Assembly (NCBI GenBank): GCA_965248195.1
Contig: CBDFIQ010000002.1
Location: 2,976,001-3,040,000, forward strand
From: Longimicrobiales bacterium
Lineage (GTDB): Bacteria > Gemmatimonadota > Gemmatimonadetes > Longimicrobiales > Gaopeijiaceae
Reading direction: 5' to 3'
DNA length: 64,000 nt
The notes under the pieces were generated by a model. That model searched no databases, was not told the origin of the DNA, and worked only from the letters and a program-made list of their open reading frames with translations. Shown here one piece after another: positions 1 to 10,442 of the stretch. A program made the translations under genes and the position numbers. Within the stretch, counting starts at the first letter, position 1, and every line of letters starts with the position of its first letter.

Positions 1-1282
1 ACGCGGCTTCTTGTACCTGCTCGAGGGCGGCGACCGGCCTACCCTCTACCTGGACTTCGTAGCCGCCTTCCCGTTCGCGATCTACAGCCGGCTGGAGAGC
101 GGCTTCATCGGATTCGACTTCCACCCGGAATTCGCTCGCAACGGACTCCTCTACACCGTCCACGGCGAGTATGCGGCGGGCAACCCCGCCATTCCCGACT
201 TCATCCCGCCGGGCTTCACCCCGGCCGACGTCACCCACCACAACGTCATCACCGAGTGGCGCGCAACGAACCCGGGCGCAAGCCGGTTCGAGGGCACCCG
301 GCGTGAGCTGCTCCGTGTGGCCCACGTCGTCGCGAACCTGACCCACCCGTTCGGTTACGTAGGGTTCGACCCGACCGCGCGCTCCGGCGAGCCGGACTAC
401 GGCCTGTTGTACACGAGCGGCAGCGACCTGGGGTTCAGTAACGGCGGCGGGCCGAACGCGAACGATCCGAGCCAGGTCCAGCGTCTGGACACCGTCGTCG
501 GCGCGATCCTGCGCATCGATCCGCGCACTCCTGCGGAGTCGGGCGGCACGAAGGGGCTCGGCGACTACACGATTCCCGCAACCAACCCGTTCGCCTCCGA
601 CGGCGACCCGAGCACGCTCGGCGAGATCTACGCGTACGGGTTCCGTAACGCCCACAGGCTCTCTTGGGACCCGACGGACCGGACGATGTTCGCGTCGGAC
701 ATCGGCATGAACAACATCGAGGAAATCAACATCGTGCGCGCAGGCCAAAACTACGGCTGGATGCGCCGCGAAGGGTACTTCGAGAACGGCGTGACCCGCC
801 CCGGCGGTGCGCTGCGGGAGCTGTTCCCCCTGCCTGCTGATGTCCTGGACGGGCGGACGGAGGACGAGTTCACCTATCCGGTGGCGATGTACGACCACAA
901 CGACGGCCAGGTCGTGTCCGGAGGATTCGCCTATTACGGCCGGATCGAAGCGCTCCGGGACAAGTTCGTATTCGGCGACCTCGTGCGCGGCCGGATCTTC
1001 GCCGTCGATCTCACCGCCATGAAGGCGGCCGATGACGGTATTCCGCGCACGGTGGCGCCCATCGAGGAGATCCAGCTCTACGTGCGTAACTCGAGCGGCG
1101 ACCGCGTCTACGTGTCGTTCCGGGAGCTGGTCGAAGCGGCGAACGGCGCCACCACCTCACGCGCCGACATGCACATCACCATCAGCGGCGACGGCGAGCT
1201 TTTAATCCTGTCCCGGCAGGACGGTATGATCCGCATGCTCGTCCCGGACTCGGGTATGGAGGCGGCAAACAGGGGAAGGTGA
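1..1282 (+). CDS. PQQ-dependent glucose/sorbosone dehydrogenase-family beta-propeller (5' partial)
   Basis: Motifs FHPEFARNG, GAILRIDP, YTIPATNPF, EIYAYGFRNAHR, DIG..EEIN. Confidence 0.85.
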   Translation, partial: RGFLYLLEGGDRPTLYLDFVAAFPFAIYSRLESGFIGFDFHPEFARNGLLYTVHGEYAAGNPAIPDFIPPGFTPADVTHHNVITEWRATNPGASRFEGTRRELLRVAHVVANLTHPFGYVGFDPTARSGEPDYGLLYTSGSDLGFSNGGGPNANDPSQVQRLDTVVGAILRIDPRTPAESGGTKGLGDYTIPATNPFASDGDPSTLGEIYAYGFRNAHRLSWDPTDRTMFASDIGMNNIEEINIVRAGQNYGWMRREGYFENGVTRPGGALRELFPLPADVLDGRTEDEFTYPVAMYDHNDGQVVSGGFAYYGRIEALRDKFVFGDLVRGRIFAVDLTAMKAADDGIPRTVAPIEEIQLYVRNSSGDRVYVSFRELVEAANGATTSRADMHITISGDGELLILSRQDGMIRMLVPDSGMEAANRGR

Positions 1283-1596
1283 GGCGGGGTGGGCATGTCA
1301 ACCTGATATACGCACCACTCACGCTCCTCATTCCGCGTGAGATCCCTACGGACCCACCCGATGCGAAGGTGGCGACCGCAGTTACCTGGCCCGCCAAATG
1401 GCTTTTGTTTTGCCTATCCTTCACGTTCTCCTATCATCGCATCGTTCATCGGGGTTCTTCTCGCGAGGCATAGGTGCTAGCGACGGTCGGGTTTGCTCCC
1501 TCGCCTTCCGTCGACTAGCGTGAAACGGTCCACCAGAACGCCTTCAGTGCAAGCTGCTAGAGCACCGAGGGGGAATCTCCAGCCCGTTGAGGACTG

Positions 1597-3222
1597 ATGG
1601 TGCCCACAAGTTCCCGGCCCCCTGGGAAGGAGCGCCGACAAGAGAAGCAGCGAGCAGCTGAGGCAGCCCCAGCGCTGGCGGCACCTCCGAGTCGACACTT
1701 CTGGGTTCCGCTGTCCTTCACCCTCGCCCTCGTCCCTATCGCGTTCGTGGAGCGGGTTCGGGACCATCCCGTCCTGGTGTGGTCGGTCTTCGCCTCAGTG
1801 GGTACGCTCCTGGCTTGGCAGGCATGGCTCTTCCTCGGGATGAAGGAGGAGAGCACTACCCCAGCCTTTTCGATTGTCTTGCGAGCACAGCATTACCTTC
1901 AGGCATGCCTCCAGCTCTCCGTGTTCGGATACTGGGGGTGGTACTGGAGGCCGGTCTACGAGCACGCGTGGCTCCTGCTCGCACAGCTCCTCTTCGCCTA
2001 CGCCTTCGGGATTCTCCTCGCGTGGTCACGCCGTCAGCCGTACGCCCTGGGGTTCGGGGTCTTCCCGATCGTCCTCAGCACGAACCTCTTCCTCTGGTTC
2101 CATGACGACTGGTTTTACCTGCAGTTCCTGATGATCGCGGTAGGGTTCCTGGGCAAGGAGTTCGTGCGCTGGACGCGGGAGGGCCGGCGGGTGCACATCT
2201 TCAACCCCTCCGCCTTTTCGTTGGGGCTCTTCTCGGTGGTATTGATCGCCATGGACGCGACGGATCTCACCTGGGGCCAGGAGATCGCGTCCACGCTGAG
2301 CATGGCGCCGGGCATCTACACGTTTCTCTTCGTGATCGGCCTGATCGCGATGTACAACTTCTCGATCACTCTCGTCTCCGGACTCGCCGCCGTGGTGCTG
2401 TTCGGTTGGAGCGCAGGGTACTTCACGGTGACCGGAGTTCCTTACTTCATCGATTCGGAGATCCCCATCGCGGTCTTCCTCGGGCTCTATCTACTGGTGA
2501 CGGACCCCTCCACCTCGCCCCGCACCCCCCTCGGAAAGGCGGTCTTTGGGCTCCTGTACGGGGTCAGCGTCTTCGCTCTTTTCGCCGGGCTGGACGTGAT
2601 CGGTGCACCAAGGTTTTACGACAAGCTGCTGGCCGTCCCTCTCCTGAACCTGAGCGTCCAACAGATCGACCGCCTCGCACGCACGATCCAGGGCACGGCG
2701 TGGTGGGGCCGCATGCGTCCCGTGTGGCCTCCCGCCCGGCTGAACCTGGCCCATATGGCCCTCTGGATCCCGTTCTTCATCCTGATGACCGCGACCGGAC
2801 GAACGGACGGCCGACACACGGGACACAGCGTGCCCTTCTGGGAGCAGGCCTGCGAGGAGGGCCGGCGCAAGGCGTGCGACCGGTTGCTTGACGTCGAGTA
2901 CTCCTACTGCGTCGACAACTCCGGCTGGGCCTGCAACGAGGTGGGGCGGCATCTTGCGGAAGGGCGGATCACGGATCCTGATCCGGAGCTGTCGCGGGGG
3001 TATTTCATCCGCGCCTGCGAGGCTCGCTTCCAACCTGGTTGCCTGAACCTCCTGGAGCCGGAAGGCCTCGCCGTCGCCCCCCCTCGGACTCTGGACTTGA
3101 GGCTCCTGGTCCGTGAAGGCAGAGCCACCCTCCTGGACATGCCGGAGCCGGAGCTCTACGCGCGGGCCTGCGATCATCAGTGGGACTTCGCGTGCGAAGC
3201 CCTAGCGCTCCGGTCGCTCTGA
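1597..3222 (+). CDS. RnfD/NqrB-like (UnbU-like) multi-TM protein with Cys-rich Sel1-like C-terminus
   Basis: Many TM helices, HIFNPSAF and TDPSTSP motifs; C-terminal AC...AC repeats. Confidence 0.65.
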   Translation: MVPTSSRPPGKERRQEKQRAAEAAPALAAPPSRHFWVPLSFTLALVPIAFVERVRDHPVLVWSVFASVGTLLAWQAWLFLGMKEESTTPAFSIVLRAQHYLQACLQLSVFGYWGWYWRPVYEHAWLLLAQLLFAYAFGILLAWSRRQPYALGFGVFPIVLSTNLFLWFHDDWFYLQFLMIAVGFLGKEFVRWTREGRRVHIFNPSAFSLGLFSVVLIAMDATDLTWGQEIASTLSMAPGIYTFLFVIGLIAMYNFSITLVSGLAAVVLFGWSAGYFTVTGVPYFIDSEIPIAVFLGLYLLVTDPSTSPRTPLGKAVFGLLYGVSVFALFAGLDVIGAPRFYDKLLAVPLLNLSVQQIDRLARTIQGTAWWGRMRPVWPPARLNLAHMALWIPFFILMTATGRTDGRHTGHSVPFWEQACEEGRRKACDRLLDVEYSYCVDNSGWACNEVGRHLAEGRITDPDPELSRGYFIRACEARFQPGCLNLLEPEGLAVAPPRTLDLRLLVREGRATLLDMPEPELYARACDHQWDFACEALALRSL

Positions 3223-3236
3223 CCCATGACAGAGCG

Positions 3237-4187
3237 ATGATCGAGGCGCGCTCCTCCGCTCCCCCGGCCTGGCTGGGCGGAGGTGCGATCTTCCTGGCGG
3301 TGCTGACGCTGGTGGGCGCCGTCTGGACGTTCCGGCCCACCTCAGACGAGCCGCCCCTGCCTCCGATGCCGGGCACCAGTGATCTTTCGCGGTTCCGCGC
3401 CGACGCATGGTTCCTGCCGGCCGAGGAACTCCTGGGGTTCGTGGAGATCCCCGCCGGTCCGTTCCTCATGGGGAGCGACCCGGGTCTCGATCCCCTCGCT
3501 TTCGACAACGAGCATTGGCTGGACACCGGGGGCCGAGCGACGGTGGAGCTTCCCACCCTCTACGTCGGCCGGTACGAGGTCACCGTAGCGCAGTTCCGTG
3601 CGTTCGTGGAAGCGACTGGGTACCGAGCCGACCCCGCGGCCGTCGCCGGACTCGCGGACCATCCGGTGGTCGCCGTCTCGTGGACTGACGCCTTGAGCTA
3701 CGTGCGCTGGCTCGAGGGGCAGCTGCGGGAGTCTCGGGAAACGCCCGCCGAGTTGGCCCGTCTCCTCGGGGAAGGCTGGCGGGTCACCCTTCCCACGGAG
3801 GCCGAATGGGAGAAGGCGGCTCGGGGCACCGACGGACGGATCTACACCTGGGGAGATGAGCCGCGGCGGGACCGAGCCAACTTCATGAGCGGGGGCACCC
3901 AGCCGGTTGGAAGTCTTCCCTGTCCGGAATGCCCCCACGGCCTCGCCGACATGGCGGGGAATGTCTGGGAATGGACCCGCACTCCCTTCCGGGCTGCTCC
4001 CTACAACGGGGGCGCGAGTCCCACCGACCTGAGGGAGGACGCCCTCTGGGTCATGCGGGGCGGGTCGTTCGCCGATCCCGAGCGGAACGTGCGCGCGGCC
4101 ATCCGCGGAGGCGCCGATCCCGGCGCCCGGCGCTCATTCATCGGTTTCCGGCTGGCGATCAGCCGACCCTCGCCTGCGGGGCCATAA
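3237..4187 (+). CDS. FGE/SUMF1-domain protein with N-terminal membrane anchor
   Basis: IPAGPFLMGS, YEVTVAQF, LPTEAEWEKAARG, DMAGNVWEW, RGGSF, IGFRL. Confidence 0.9.
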   Translation: MIEARSSAPPAWLGGGAIFLAVLTLVGAVWTFRPTSDEPPLPPMPGTSDLSRFRADAWFLPAEELLGFVEIPAGPFLMGSDPGLDPLAFDNEHWLDTGGRATVELPTLYVGRYEVTVAQFRAFVEATGYRADPAAVAGLADHPVVAVSWTDALSYVRWLEGQLRESRETPAELARLLGEGWRVTLPTEAEWEKAARGTDGRIYTWGDEPRRDRANFMSGGTQPVGSLPCPECPHGLADMAGNVWEWTRTPFRAAPYNGGASPTDLREDALWVMRGGSFADPERNVRAAIRGGADPGARRSFIGFRLAISRPSPAGP

Positions 4188-4245
4188 AAAGCGCCGGGCC
4201 CCGGGTATGAATCCCGGAGCCCGGCGCGTCTCACATGTGAGACGC
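4186..4245. terminator. GC hairpin plus 20-bp palindrome between convergent genes
   Basis: gcgccgggc...gcccggcgc stem, then gcgtctcacatgtgagacgc (4226-4245). Confidence 0.5.
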
Positions 4246-4301
4246 TCAGGTACCCATGGCCTCCCCGGCGACCTCGCCGCCGGAGTTCGGACGATCGGAG
4301 C

Positions 4302-6398
4302 TCAGGGAAGCGTCAGAGCGACATAGCCGCCTGGCATGTCTGCGCTGCCCGCGTTCACTACGATGTACTGCTTGCCTTCGTGCATGAACGTCATCATCCC
4401 GTACTGGCCGGCCGCCGGGAGCTCGGTCGAGGCGACGACCTGACCCGTCCGCTTGTCGCGGGCGTTCAGGACCGAGCCAGGTCCGGCGCCGCCCCCCCGG
4501 GCGGTCTGGAGCAGGAGATCGCCCATGACCATCTGGATGCCGCCCCCTCCCGCTCCCGTATGGGGAACGTCCACTCCTGCCAGGAGGGGGTGGTTGAGGA
4601 TGTTGTCAGGTGTCTCGCCGACGGGGACGTCCCAGAGCTTTGTGCCCGTGTTCATGTCGATGGCGACGATTCCGCTGTAGGGCTTGTAGACCGGCAGACC
4701 GTCTATGTTCTCTAAGCCGGGGCCCCCGCCCCCGGGCAGCCAGGGAACCGGCCTAACGCCCGTAGTGGGCGTGGATCTCTCGCCGGGCAGCAATGCGGTG
4801 AAATCCCTGAGGTCCTCCTCCATCGTGGGCCTCAGGAAACCCGAGGTTCCGCACCTCCGGGAGTGCGAGGCGTACATGATTCCCGTCGTGGGATCCGCGA
4901 CTGCCGGGGTGGGAATGTTGAGGCCCCCCATGCCGCAGTTGATCATGGCTCGGTAATCGTTCGTGTGATCGAAGGGGAGCGGCGGCGCGTAGGTCCCACC
5001 TATGTGGTACTGACTCAGGATGATCTGCGCCTGCGCCTTCAGATCCGGGGTGTAGTCCATGATGTACTTGTCAGTCAGACCGTCGATGACAATCGAATCC
5101 AGCGGCGACGGAAGGGTCGGAAAGGGCTGCGTCGGCGACGTCCAGTCGCCCGGGACCTGCGTCTGAGGAACCGGTCGCTCCTCGATGGGCCAGATCGGCT
5201 CCCCGGTCTCCCGGTTGAACGCGAAGACGAGCCCCTGCTTGGTGTTCTGGATCAGCGCCGGGATCTCCTGCCCGTCCACAGTGAGGTCCAGCAGGATCGG
5301 CGCGGCCGGAAGGTCGTAATTCCAGCGGTCGCTGTGGTGGATCTGGAAGTGCCACCTACGCTCCCCTGTCTGGACGTCCAGCGCGATGACGCTCCCGCCA
5401 AAGAGGTTGTCCCCCGGGCGATGGCCCGTGTAGGACTGGATCGTCGAGGCGTTTGTGACGAAGTATACGAGTCCGAGCTCCGGATCGGCGGACGCGGGAG
5501 CCCACTGGCCCATGTTCCCCGACCACCGCCAGGCGTCGTTCTCCCAGGTGTCGTGGCCGAACTCACCGGGCCGCGGCACGACGTGGAACTTCCAAAGCTG
5601 CTGTCCGGTCCTGGCGTCGTAACCCGAGAGGTCGCCCGGGACGTTCTCGATCCGGCGTTGGCTGTAAGCGGGCTCGTGGGCGGTCTGCGCCACGATGACG
5701 TCGTTCACGACGATCGGGGGCGAGGAGCTCGTGACCATCCCCAGCTCCCTGGGAATCCCATAGTCCGGGTCGTAGGTCCCCCCCGCGGCCACGTAGTCCT
5801 GCCACGGCCCCCAATCCCCGATGAGGTCCGGGATCAGGTCGACGACCCCCGTTTGCGCGAAGTCATCGAGCGGTACGGGCGAGCCCCAGTTCTCCAGGGG
5901 CAGCCCCGTCTTGGCGTCCAGGGCCCACAGGAAGAACGCAGGCGTCGTGATGTAGATCACGCCTCGTCCGTCTATTTCCCCGTAAGCGACGCCCTTTCCG
6001 TGCGCCGCCCTGGGCGACCGCATGTACCTCATGGTGTTGGGCTCACGGAACATCCAGACCGTCTCTCCCGTCGCCGGATCGATCGCAACGACCTGGCGGC
6101 GGCTGCCCGACACGGTGTACAGCATCCCGTCTACGTAGATCGGGACCGCCCGCGACGTGTACGCGGGTTGCGGCCCAGCGTTGTCGCCCCGCCAGATCCA
6201 GGTCACCTCCAGGTCGTCGAAGTTGGAGGCATTGATCTGGGTCAGCTGTGGATTGGACCGGGTGGCGCCAGCGTCGCCGATTAGGTAACGCCACTCTCCG
6301 TTCTCGAGGCCCGTGAGCTGCGCGGATCCCGGCAACGCGACGCCGAGTGCGATCACGAGAGCAAGGACGCCTGAAGTGTTCCGATGTCGAGTTGTCAT
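4302..6398 (-). CDS. Secreted PQQ-dependent dehydrogenase (glucose/quinate DH-like)
   Basis: Signal peptide, QINASN, AIDPATGETVW, SSPPIV, DPELGLVY, YGMMTF..GKQYIVV. Confidence 0.85.
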   Translation of the reverse strand: MTTRHRNTSGVLALVIALGVALPGSAQLTGLENGEWRYLIGDAGATRSNPQLTQINASNFDDLEVTWIWRGDNAGPQPAYTSRAVPIYVDGMLYTVSGSRRQVVAIDPATGETVWMFREPNTMRYMRSPRAAHGKGVAYGEIDGRGVIYITTPAFFLWALDAKTGLPLENWGSPVPLDDFAQTGVVDLIPDLIGDWGPWQDYVAAGGTYDPDYGIPRELGMVTSSSPPIVVNDVIVAQTAHEPAYSQRRIENVPGDLSGYDARTGQQLWKFHVVPRPGEFGHDTWENDAWRWSGNMGQWAPASADPELGLVYFVTNASTIQSYTGHRPGDNLFGGSVIALDVQTGERRWHFQIHHSDRWNYDLPAAPILLDLTVDGQEIPALIQNTKQGLVFAFNRETGEPIWPIEERPVPQTQVPGDWTSPTQPFPTLPSPLDSIVIDGLTDKYIMDYTPDLKAQAQIILSQYHIGGTYAPPLPFDHTNDYRAMINCGMGGLNIPTPAVADPTTGIMYASHSRRCGTSGFLRPTMEEDLRDFTALLPGERSTPTTGVRPVPWLPGGGGPGLENIDGLPVYKPYSGIVAIDMNTGTKLWDVPVGETPDNILNHPLLAGVDVPHTGAGGGGIQMVMGDLLLQTARGGGAGPGSVLNARDKRTGQVVASTELPAAGQYGMMTFMHEGKQYIVVNAGSADMPGGYVALTLP

Positions 6399-6700
6399 TC
6401 TGCCTCCCTCATAAGACGACGTGGAAAACGCTCACCTGAACTGCGCCTGGGATCGTCACTCCCCAGAGCCGGGCTTCCAATGGCCAGGTCGCGATACCGG
6501 TCGTGAGTATCGATGACAAGTTACGCGGGACACTAATGTCCGGAAAGGGCGAGAGGGTATTGTCCGAGCGCATACCGCGGTGGTATCGCTCATGGGACCA
6601 AAGTCCAATGTCGACCTCGGCTGTCTTCTCGGGCGGGCGTCTGAGTTGCCGCGAGTTTGGGAACGACCCGGAATGACCCCTGCTGCTAGTGTCGCGAGGA

Positions 6701-9091
6701 TTACAGTGCTGAGCCGAGCCGCCTCCGCATGTCGTCGGCCCTCTGCCGCATCGCGTCACCTTCAGCACCGCGGCCCACCTCGCGGAGTAAGCTCGAGTAG
6801 TTGTCTAAAAGCTGCGCTATCGATGGGTGATCGGGGCCGAAGGATGCCTCGAAGGCCTTCAGGGCCGAGTTGTACTGAAGCTCGGCCTCACTGTAGCGTT
6901 GTGTGTTGCTGTAAATCGATCCCAAGTTGAACCTCGTACTCGCCACCGAAGGGTGGTCCGTGCCCAGGAGCCGCTCTTTCATTTGCAGGGAGCGACGTAG
7001 CATCGGTTCGGCCTGTGCGTAGTCCTCCTGTCGCGCGTATAGGATGGCGAGATTGCCCATCGAGTTGGCGAGGTCCGGGTGGTCTCCTCGATACACCTCC
7101 TCCTTGATGGCTAGGGAGCGCACGAATGTCTGTTCGGCCTCGGAAAATCGCCCCGAACGGCTGAACAGGTTCCCTAGCGCGTTGAGAGTCGTGGCGACTC
7201 TAGGATGAGCGGGTCCGTAAACGCGCTCTCTAATGTCCAGGGCGCGGGTTAAAAGCGCTTCGGACTCCTCATAGTCGCCTTCGATCCTGAGTATGACCCC
7301 CAAGTCGTGGAGGGTTCGGTGGAGGTTGGGATGATCGAGCCCATATTCTCCTTCACGGATGCGTAACGCGTCACGATACAGTTCGACCGCAGAAACATTG
7401 TCGCCTCGGTCACGAGCCAGCGTTCCTCGAGACTCGCGTACAGCGGCTACTCGAACGTCGTCTGGGCCGTAAGCGCTCAGGCGGATACTCTCAGCCGCTA
7501 CAAAGGTCGAGTCCGCTTCTTCATATCGTGCGAGATTGAGATAGACCTCACCAAGCCGGTATAGGACGGCTCCGACCTCCGGGTCCCTTGGACCGAGCGC
7601 CTCCGTACGTCCTGCTAGGACTTCCAAATAGAGGCGCTCCGCTTCCTCGAATCTTCCCTGGTCGAAGAAGGTGCGCCCGAGCATCTCGACAGAGGCCAAA
7701 GTCTCGAGCTCGTTTCCCGGAGCTTCCCGACCCCTAATCTCCGACGCCTCCGTCAGGAGTTCAGCTGCCGAGTCGAATCGCCCCAAACTTCGGTAAACGG
7801 TTCCCATCACATGCATTAGACGCGCCTGGAGGAGCGGTTGATCAGCGAGCTCAGTGCGAATCCGCTCCGCCCCCGAATCCAGTATGTCACGGGCCGTAAT
7901 CGTGTCGCCCAGAGCCTCGTCTGGATCACTCGCCTCGAACAATCCCACCAGGAAGTTCGATACCTGAGCGGCGGTTTCAGCCTCCCGTTGAGCAATCCGC
8001 TCCGACGCGCGCGCTTGTACCATCCCGACTGTGGTAGAGACCGCACCTAGGGCCAGAGCCACCGTAGCCACCGCAACCGCTACTGCCCCCACCCTGTTAC
8101 GACGTACGAGCTTTCCCAGCCTATACGTGACCGTCGGCGGCCTGGCATCGATGGGCTGATCCTCCAGATACCGGCGAAGGTCCACGGCCAGGGCGTCTGC
8201 GGCCGAATACCTCCGGTCGCGATCCTTGTCCATCGCTTTTAGTACGATCCACTGAAGGTCTCCTGACAGGACTCTCCTCATGGCTTGTGGAGTCGTGCTC
8301 CGGAGACGCGCCAAGGTCTCCTGTGTAGCCGCCAACTCGAAGAGGCGCTCCCCGAACGTCGGCGGTTCTTCGTTTAGCTGCGCCGCAAACGCCGCCCAGC
8401 CCGGGTTCGCCTTGGGCTCGAAAGGCAGCTCGCCAAGGAGCAGATGGTAGAGCAGCACACCGAGCGAGTAGACGTCGGAGCGCGTCTCTACGTCCGAGGA
8501 GCCAGCGATTTGTTCGGGACTCATGTACGCAGGTGTTCCCACCATCTGGTCGCTTTGGGTGAGATGTGCGCTTTGGAACTCACCAAATCCCGTCGCCTTG
8601 GCGATGCCGAAGTCGATAACACGCGGCCTCGGCTTCCCGTCCACGTCCGTCACGAGAACGTTGGCCGGCTTGAGGTCGCGATGGATGACGCCCTTTTGAT
8701 GCGCATGTTGGACCGCTTCGCACACATCGATGAAGAGCTCGATGCGCTGCCTAATGGTCAGGAGTTGACCGTCGAAGAACTCGTGGATCGGGCCACCGTC
8801 CACGAACTCCATCACGAAGTAGGAGCGACCGTCGCTGCTCACCCCTGCGTCGAAGACCTTTGCGATAGCTGGGTGAGACATTACGGCCAGGGCTTGTCTC
8901 TCGGCCTCGAACCGTCGTAATACCTGCTCTGGGTCCGCTCCGACCTTCATCACCTTCAAAGCAACGCGGCGACGGACGGGCTCCTCTTGCTGCGCCTCGT
9001 ACACGATGCCCATGCCGCCCTGACCGATCATGCGAACGATGTGATACGGACCGATGCGCTCAGGGTGCTCGAACGTGTTTGATTCGGACAT
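6701..9091 (-). CDS. Hanks-type Ser/Thr protein kinase with TM segment and TPR repeats
   Basis: GQGGMG, VALK, HRDLKPAN, DFG, GTPAYMSPE; repeated GxDHP TPRs. Confidence 0.95.
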   Translation of the reverse strand: MSESNTFEHPERIGPYHIVRMIGQGGMGIVYEAQQEEPVRRRVALKVMKVGADPEQVLRRFEAERQALAVMSHPAIAKVFDAGVSSDGRSYFVMEFVDGGPIHEFFDGQLLTIRQRIELFIDVCEAVQHAHQKGVIHRDLKPANVLVTDVDGKPRPRVIDFGIAKATGFGEFQSAHLTQSDQMVGTPAYMSPEQIAGSSDVETRSDVYSLGVLLYHLLLGELPFEPKANPGWAAFAAQLNEEPPTFGERLFELAATQETLARLRSTTPQAMRRVLSGDLQWIVLKAMDKDRDRRYSAADALAVDLRRYLEDQPIDARPPTVTYRLGKLVRRNRVGAVAVAVATVALALGAVSTTVGMVQARASERIAQREAETAAQVSNFLVGLFEASDPDEALGDTITARDILDSGAERIRTELADQPLLQARLMHVMGTVYRSLGRFDSAAELLTEASEIRGREAPGNELETLASVEMLGRTFFDQGRFEEAERLYLEVLAGRTEALGPRDPEVGAVLYRLGEVYLNLARYEEADSTFVAAESIRLSAYGPDDVRVAAVRESRGTLARDRGDNVSAVELYRDALRIREGEYGLDHPNLHRTLHDLGVILRIEGDYEESEALLTRALDIRERVYGPAHPRVATTLNALGNLFSRSGRFSEAEQTFVRSLAIKEEVYRGDHPDLANSMGNLAILYARQEDYAQAEPMLRRSLQMKERLLGTDHPSVASTRFNLGSIYSNTQRYSEAELQYNSALKAFEASFGPDHPSIAQLLDNYSSLLREVGRGAEGDAMRQRADDMRRRLGSAL

Positions 9092-9344
9092 CAGAGTGGG
9101 CTCCGTGGCACGGCCATGAGGCGAGCAAATAGATGCCCAGCGCCGGACAGAGAGTCCGCCAGTGGATTTCTCTGCTCCGGCGCTCGAGTGGACCGTTGAT
9201 CAAGTCCAGAACAGAAGAAACCTGCGGGCTCGGGGTTCGGCCTCAATCGGAAACTCTCCCGACCATCAGGTTACCGTTGAAGACCTTCCTCGCGCAATGA
9301 CAAAAGTGGAAGCCCCTGTACCCAAAGGACTTCCGCCAGTGCCC

Positions 9345-9563
9345 GCCGGAAGCCCGCCTACCTAGGGGCTCCCGGCGAGTGAGCCGGGTGGGTCTCGAAC
9401 CCACGACCTACGGATTAAAAGTCCGATCGCAGCATATACGCAGAGTGCCCGCCAGGTAGCCTAAGTCACGCCGAGTTAGGCTGTTAGGGGGTCGGTTGTT
9501 CTCTGGAGTGTTGCTGAGATCCGACCAGCTTAGGGGAGTTTGGAGTCCCGGTCGGGGTCCCAA
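9345..9563 (-). repeat. att-like repeat copy 1: tRNA-Lys(UUU) 3' half (9380-9425), hairpin and conserved arm
   Basis: Reverse complement cggacttttaatccgtaggtcgtgggttcgagacccacccggctca gives anticodon arm, T-arm and acceptor 3' strand; no 5' half. Confidence 0.9.
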
Positions 9564-9873
9564 CGTGCCATCCAAGCGTTCAGCCGAGTATCCAGCTGCT
9601 CAGGGTGGAGGTCTAGTCTACCCCCGAGTTCGGCGATCACCACGAAGGCCTCATAGTTCTCTCGGGTCCGCTCCTGCTGATAGCCGAAGCCTACCCGGTC
9701 CACTCCCAGCCGCGGTTTTCCGCCCCGCTTGGGAGCGGCGGGAGGCGACGAAACGTTTCCGAAACGATGCCGAGGGGGGCCTGGGGGTAAGCAGGCCTGC
9801 GTGAGGTTCTACTCCGGGACCCACTCCGGTCCCGGCTATCGCACAGTCTCCCGGGCCGGGATCGGGGGGGGCG

Positions 9874-10287
9874 CTACTGGGCTCCGACCGGCAGGATCTC
9901 GACGGTCGAGTCGTGCATCCAGCCATTGTCCTCGTCGCCGATGACGACGCGCTGGCCGCGACGGATGATCTCGTGCCTGCCCTCATACCAGCGAACGATC
10001 ATGCCGGTCTCGCGGAGCCCGGGCGACAGCTGCACCTGAACCCATTCGCCGCGCCGGCCGATGATCGGTAGCACGGTGCCCTCGGTTACCAGTAATAGCA
10101 GGTTCGAGCCGGTGCTCGGCGCGTCGTGCACGTTGGCGTAGCTCGTCGGTACGCGCGCTCGCTCGCCGGCTGCTTCCTCCTGGGCTGCCGTCGGCGTCGC
10201 CAGGGTTACGACAGCGGCAGCGACCGCCAGTGCCCGCGCTCCAGCGCCGAAGTGTGGTCGCCCGGGAGTAAGTGCATCGGCTTGCAT
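9874..10287 (-). CDS. Secreted SH3-domain protein
   Basis: Signal-like N-terminus; ANVHDAPST..GTVLPIIGRRGEWVQV..GWMH. Confidence 0.7.
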   Translation of the reverse strand: MQADALTPGRPHFGAGARALAVAAAVVTLATPTAAQEEAAGERARVPTSYANVHDAPSTGSNLLLLVTEGTVLPIIGRRGEWVQVQLSPGLRETGMIVRWYEGRHEIIRRGQRVVIGDEDNGWMHDSTVEILPVGAQ

Positions 10288-10442
10288 ACGAGATAGTAGT
10301 AGCGAATAATCATCGTGGTCAAGACAACTCGCAGGGCGCGAGCCGGTCGCTCCCGCCGACGCTGGTATACGCAAGATGGGGTCTGCGCCCGACGAGTGCA
10401 CCGGAGCGCAACCGCCAGCGCAGCGCCAAACGGAGTCTGACG

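Noticed and set aside
4226..4245. 20-bp perfect palindrome as an operator or REP
   Set aside because: Only one copy noticed, between convergent genes; most likely terminator-associated.
4863..6284. Long antisense ORFs (also 22287-23705, 26194-27405, 34011-35126, 48985-50040)
   Set aside because: Shadow or alternate frames of high-GC genes with no recognisable motifs.
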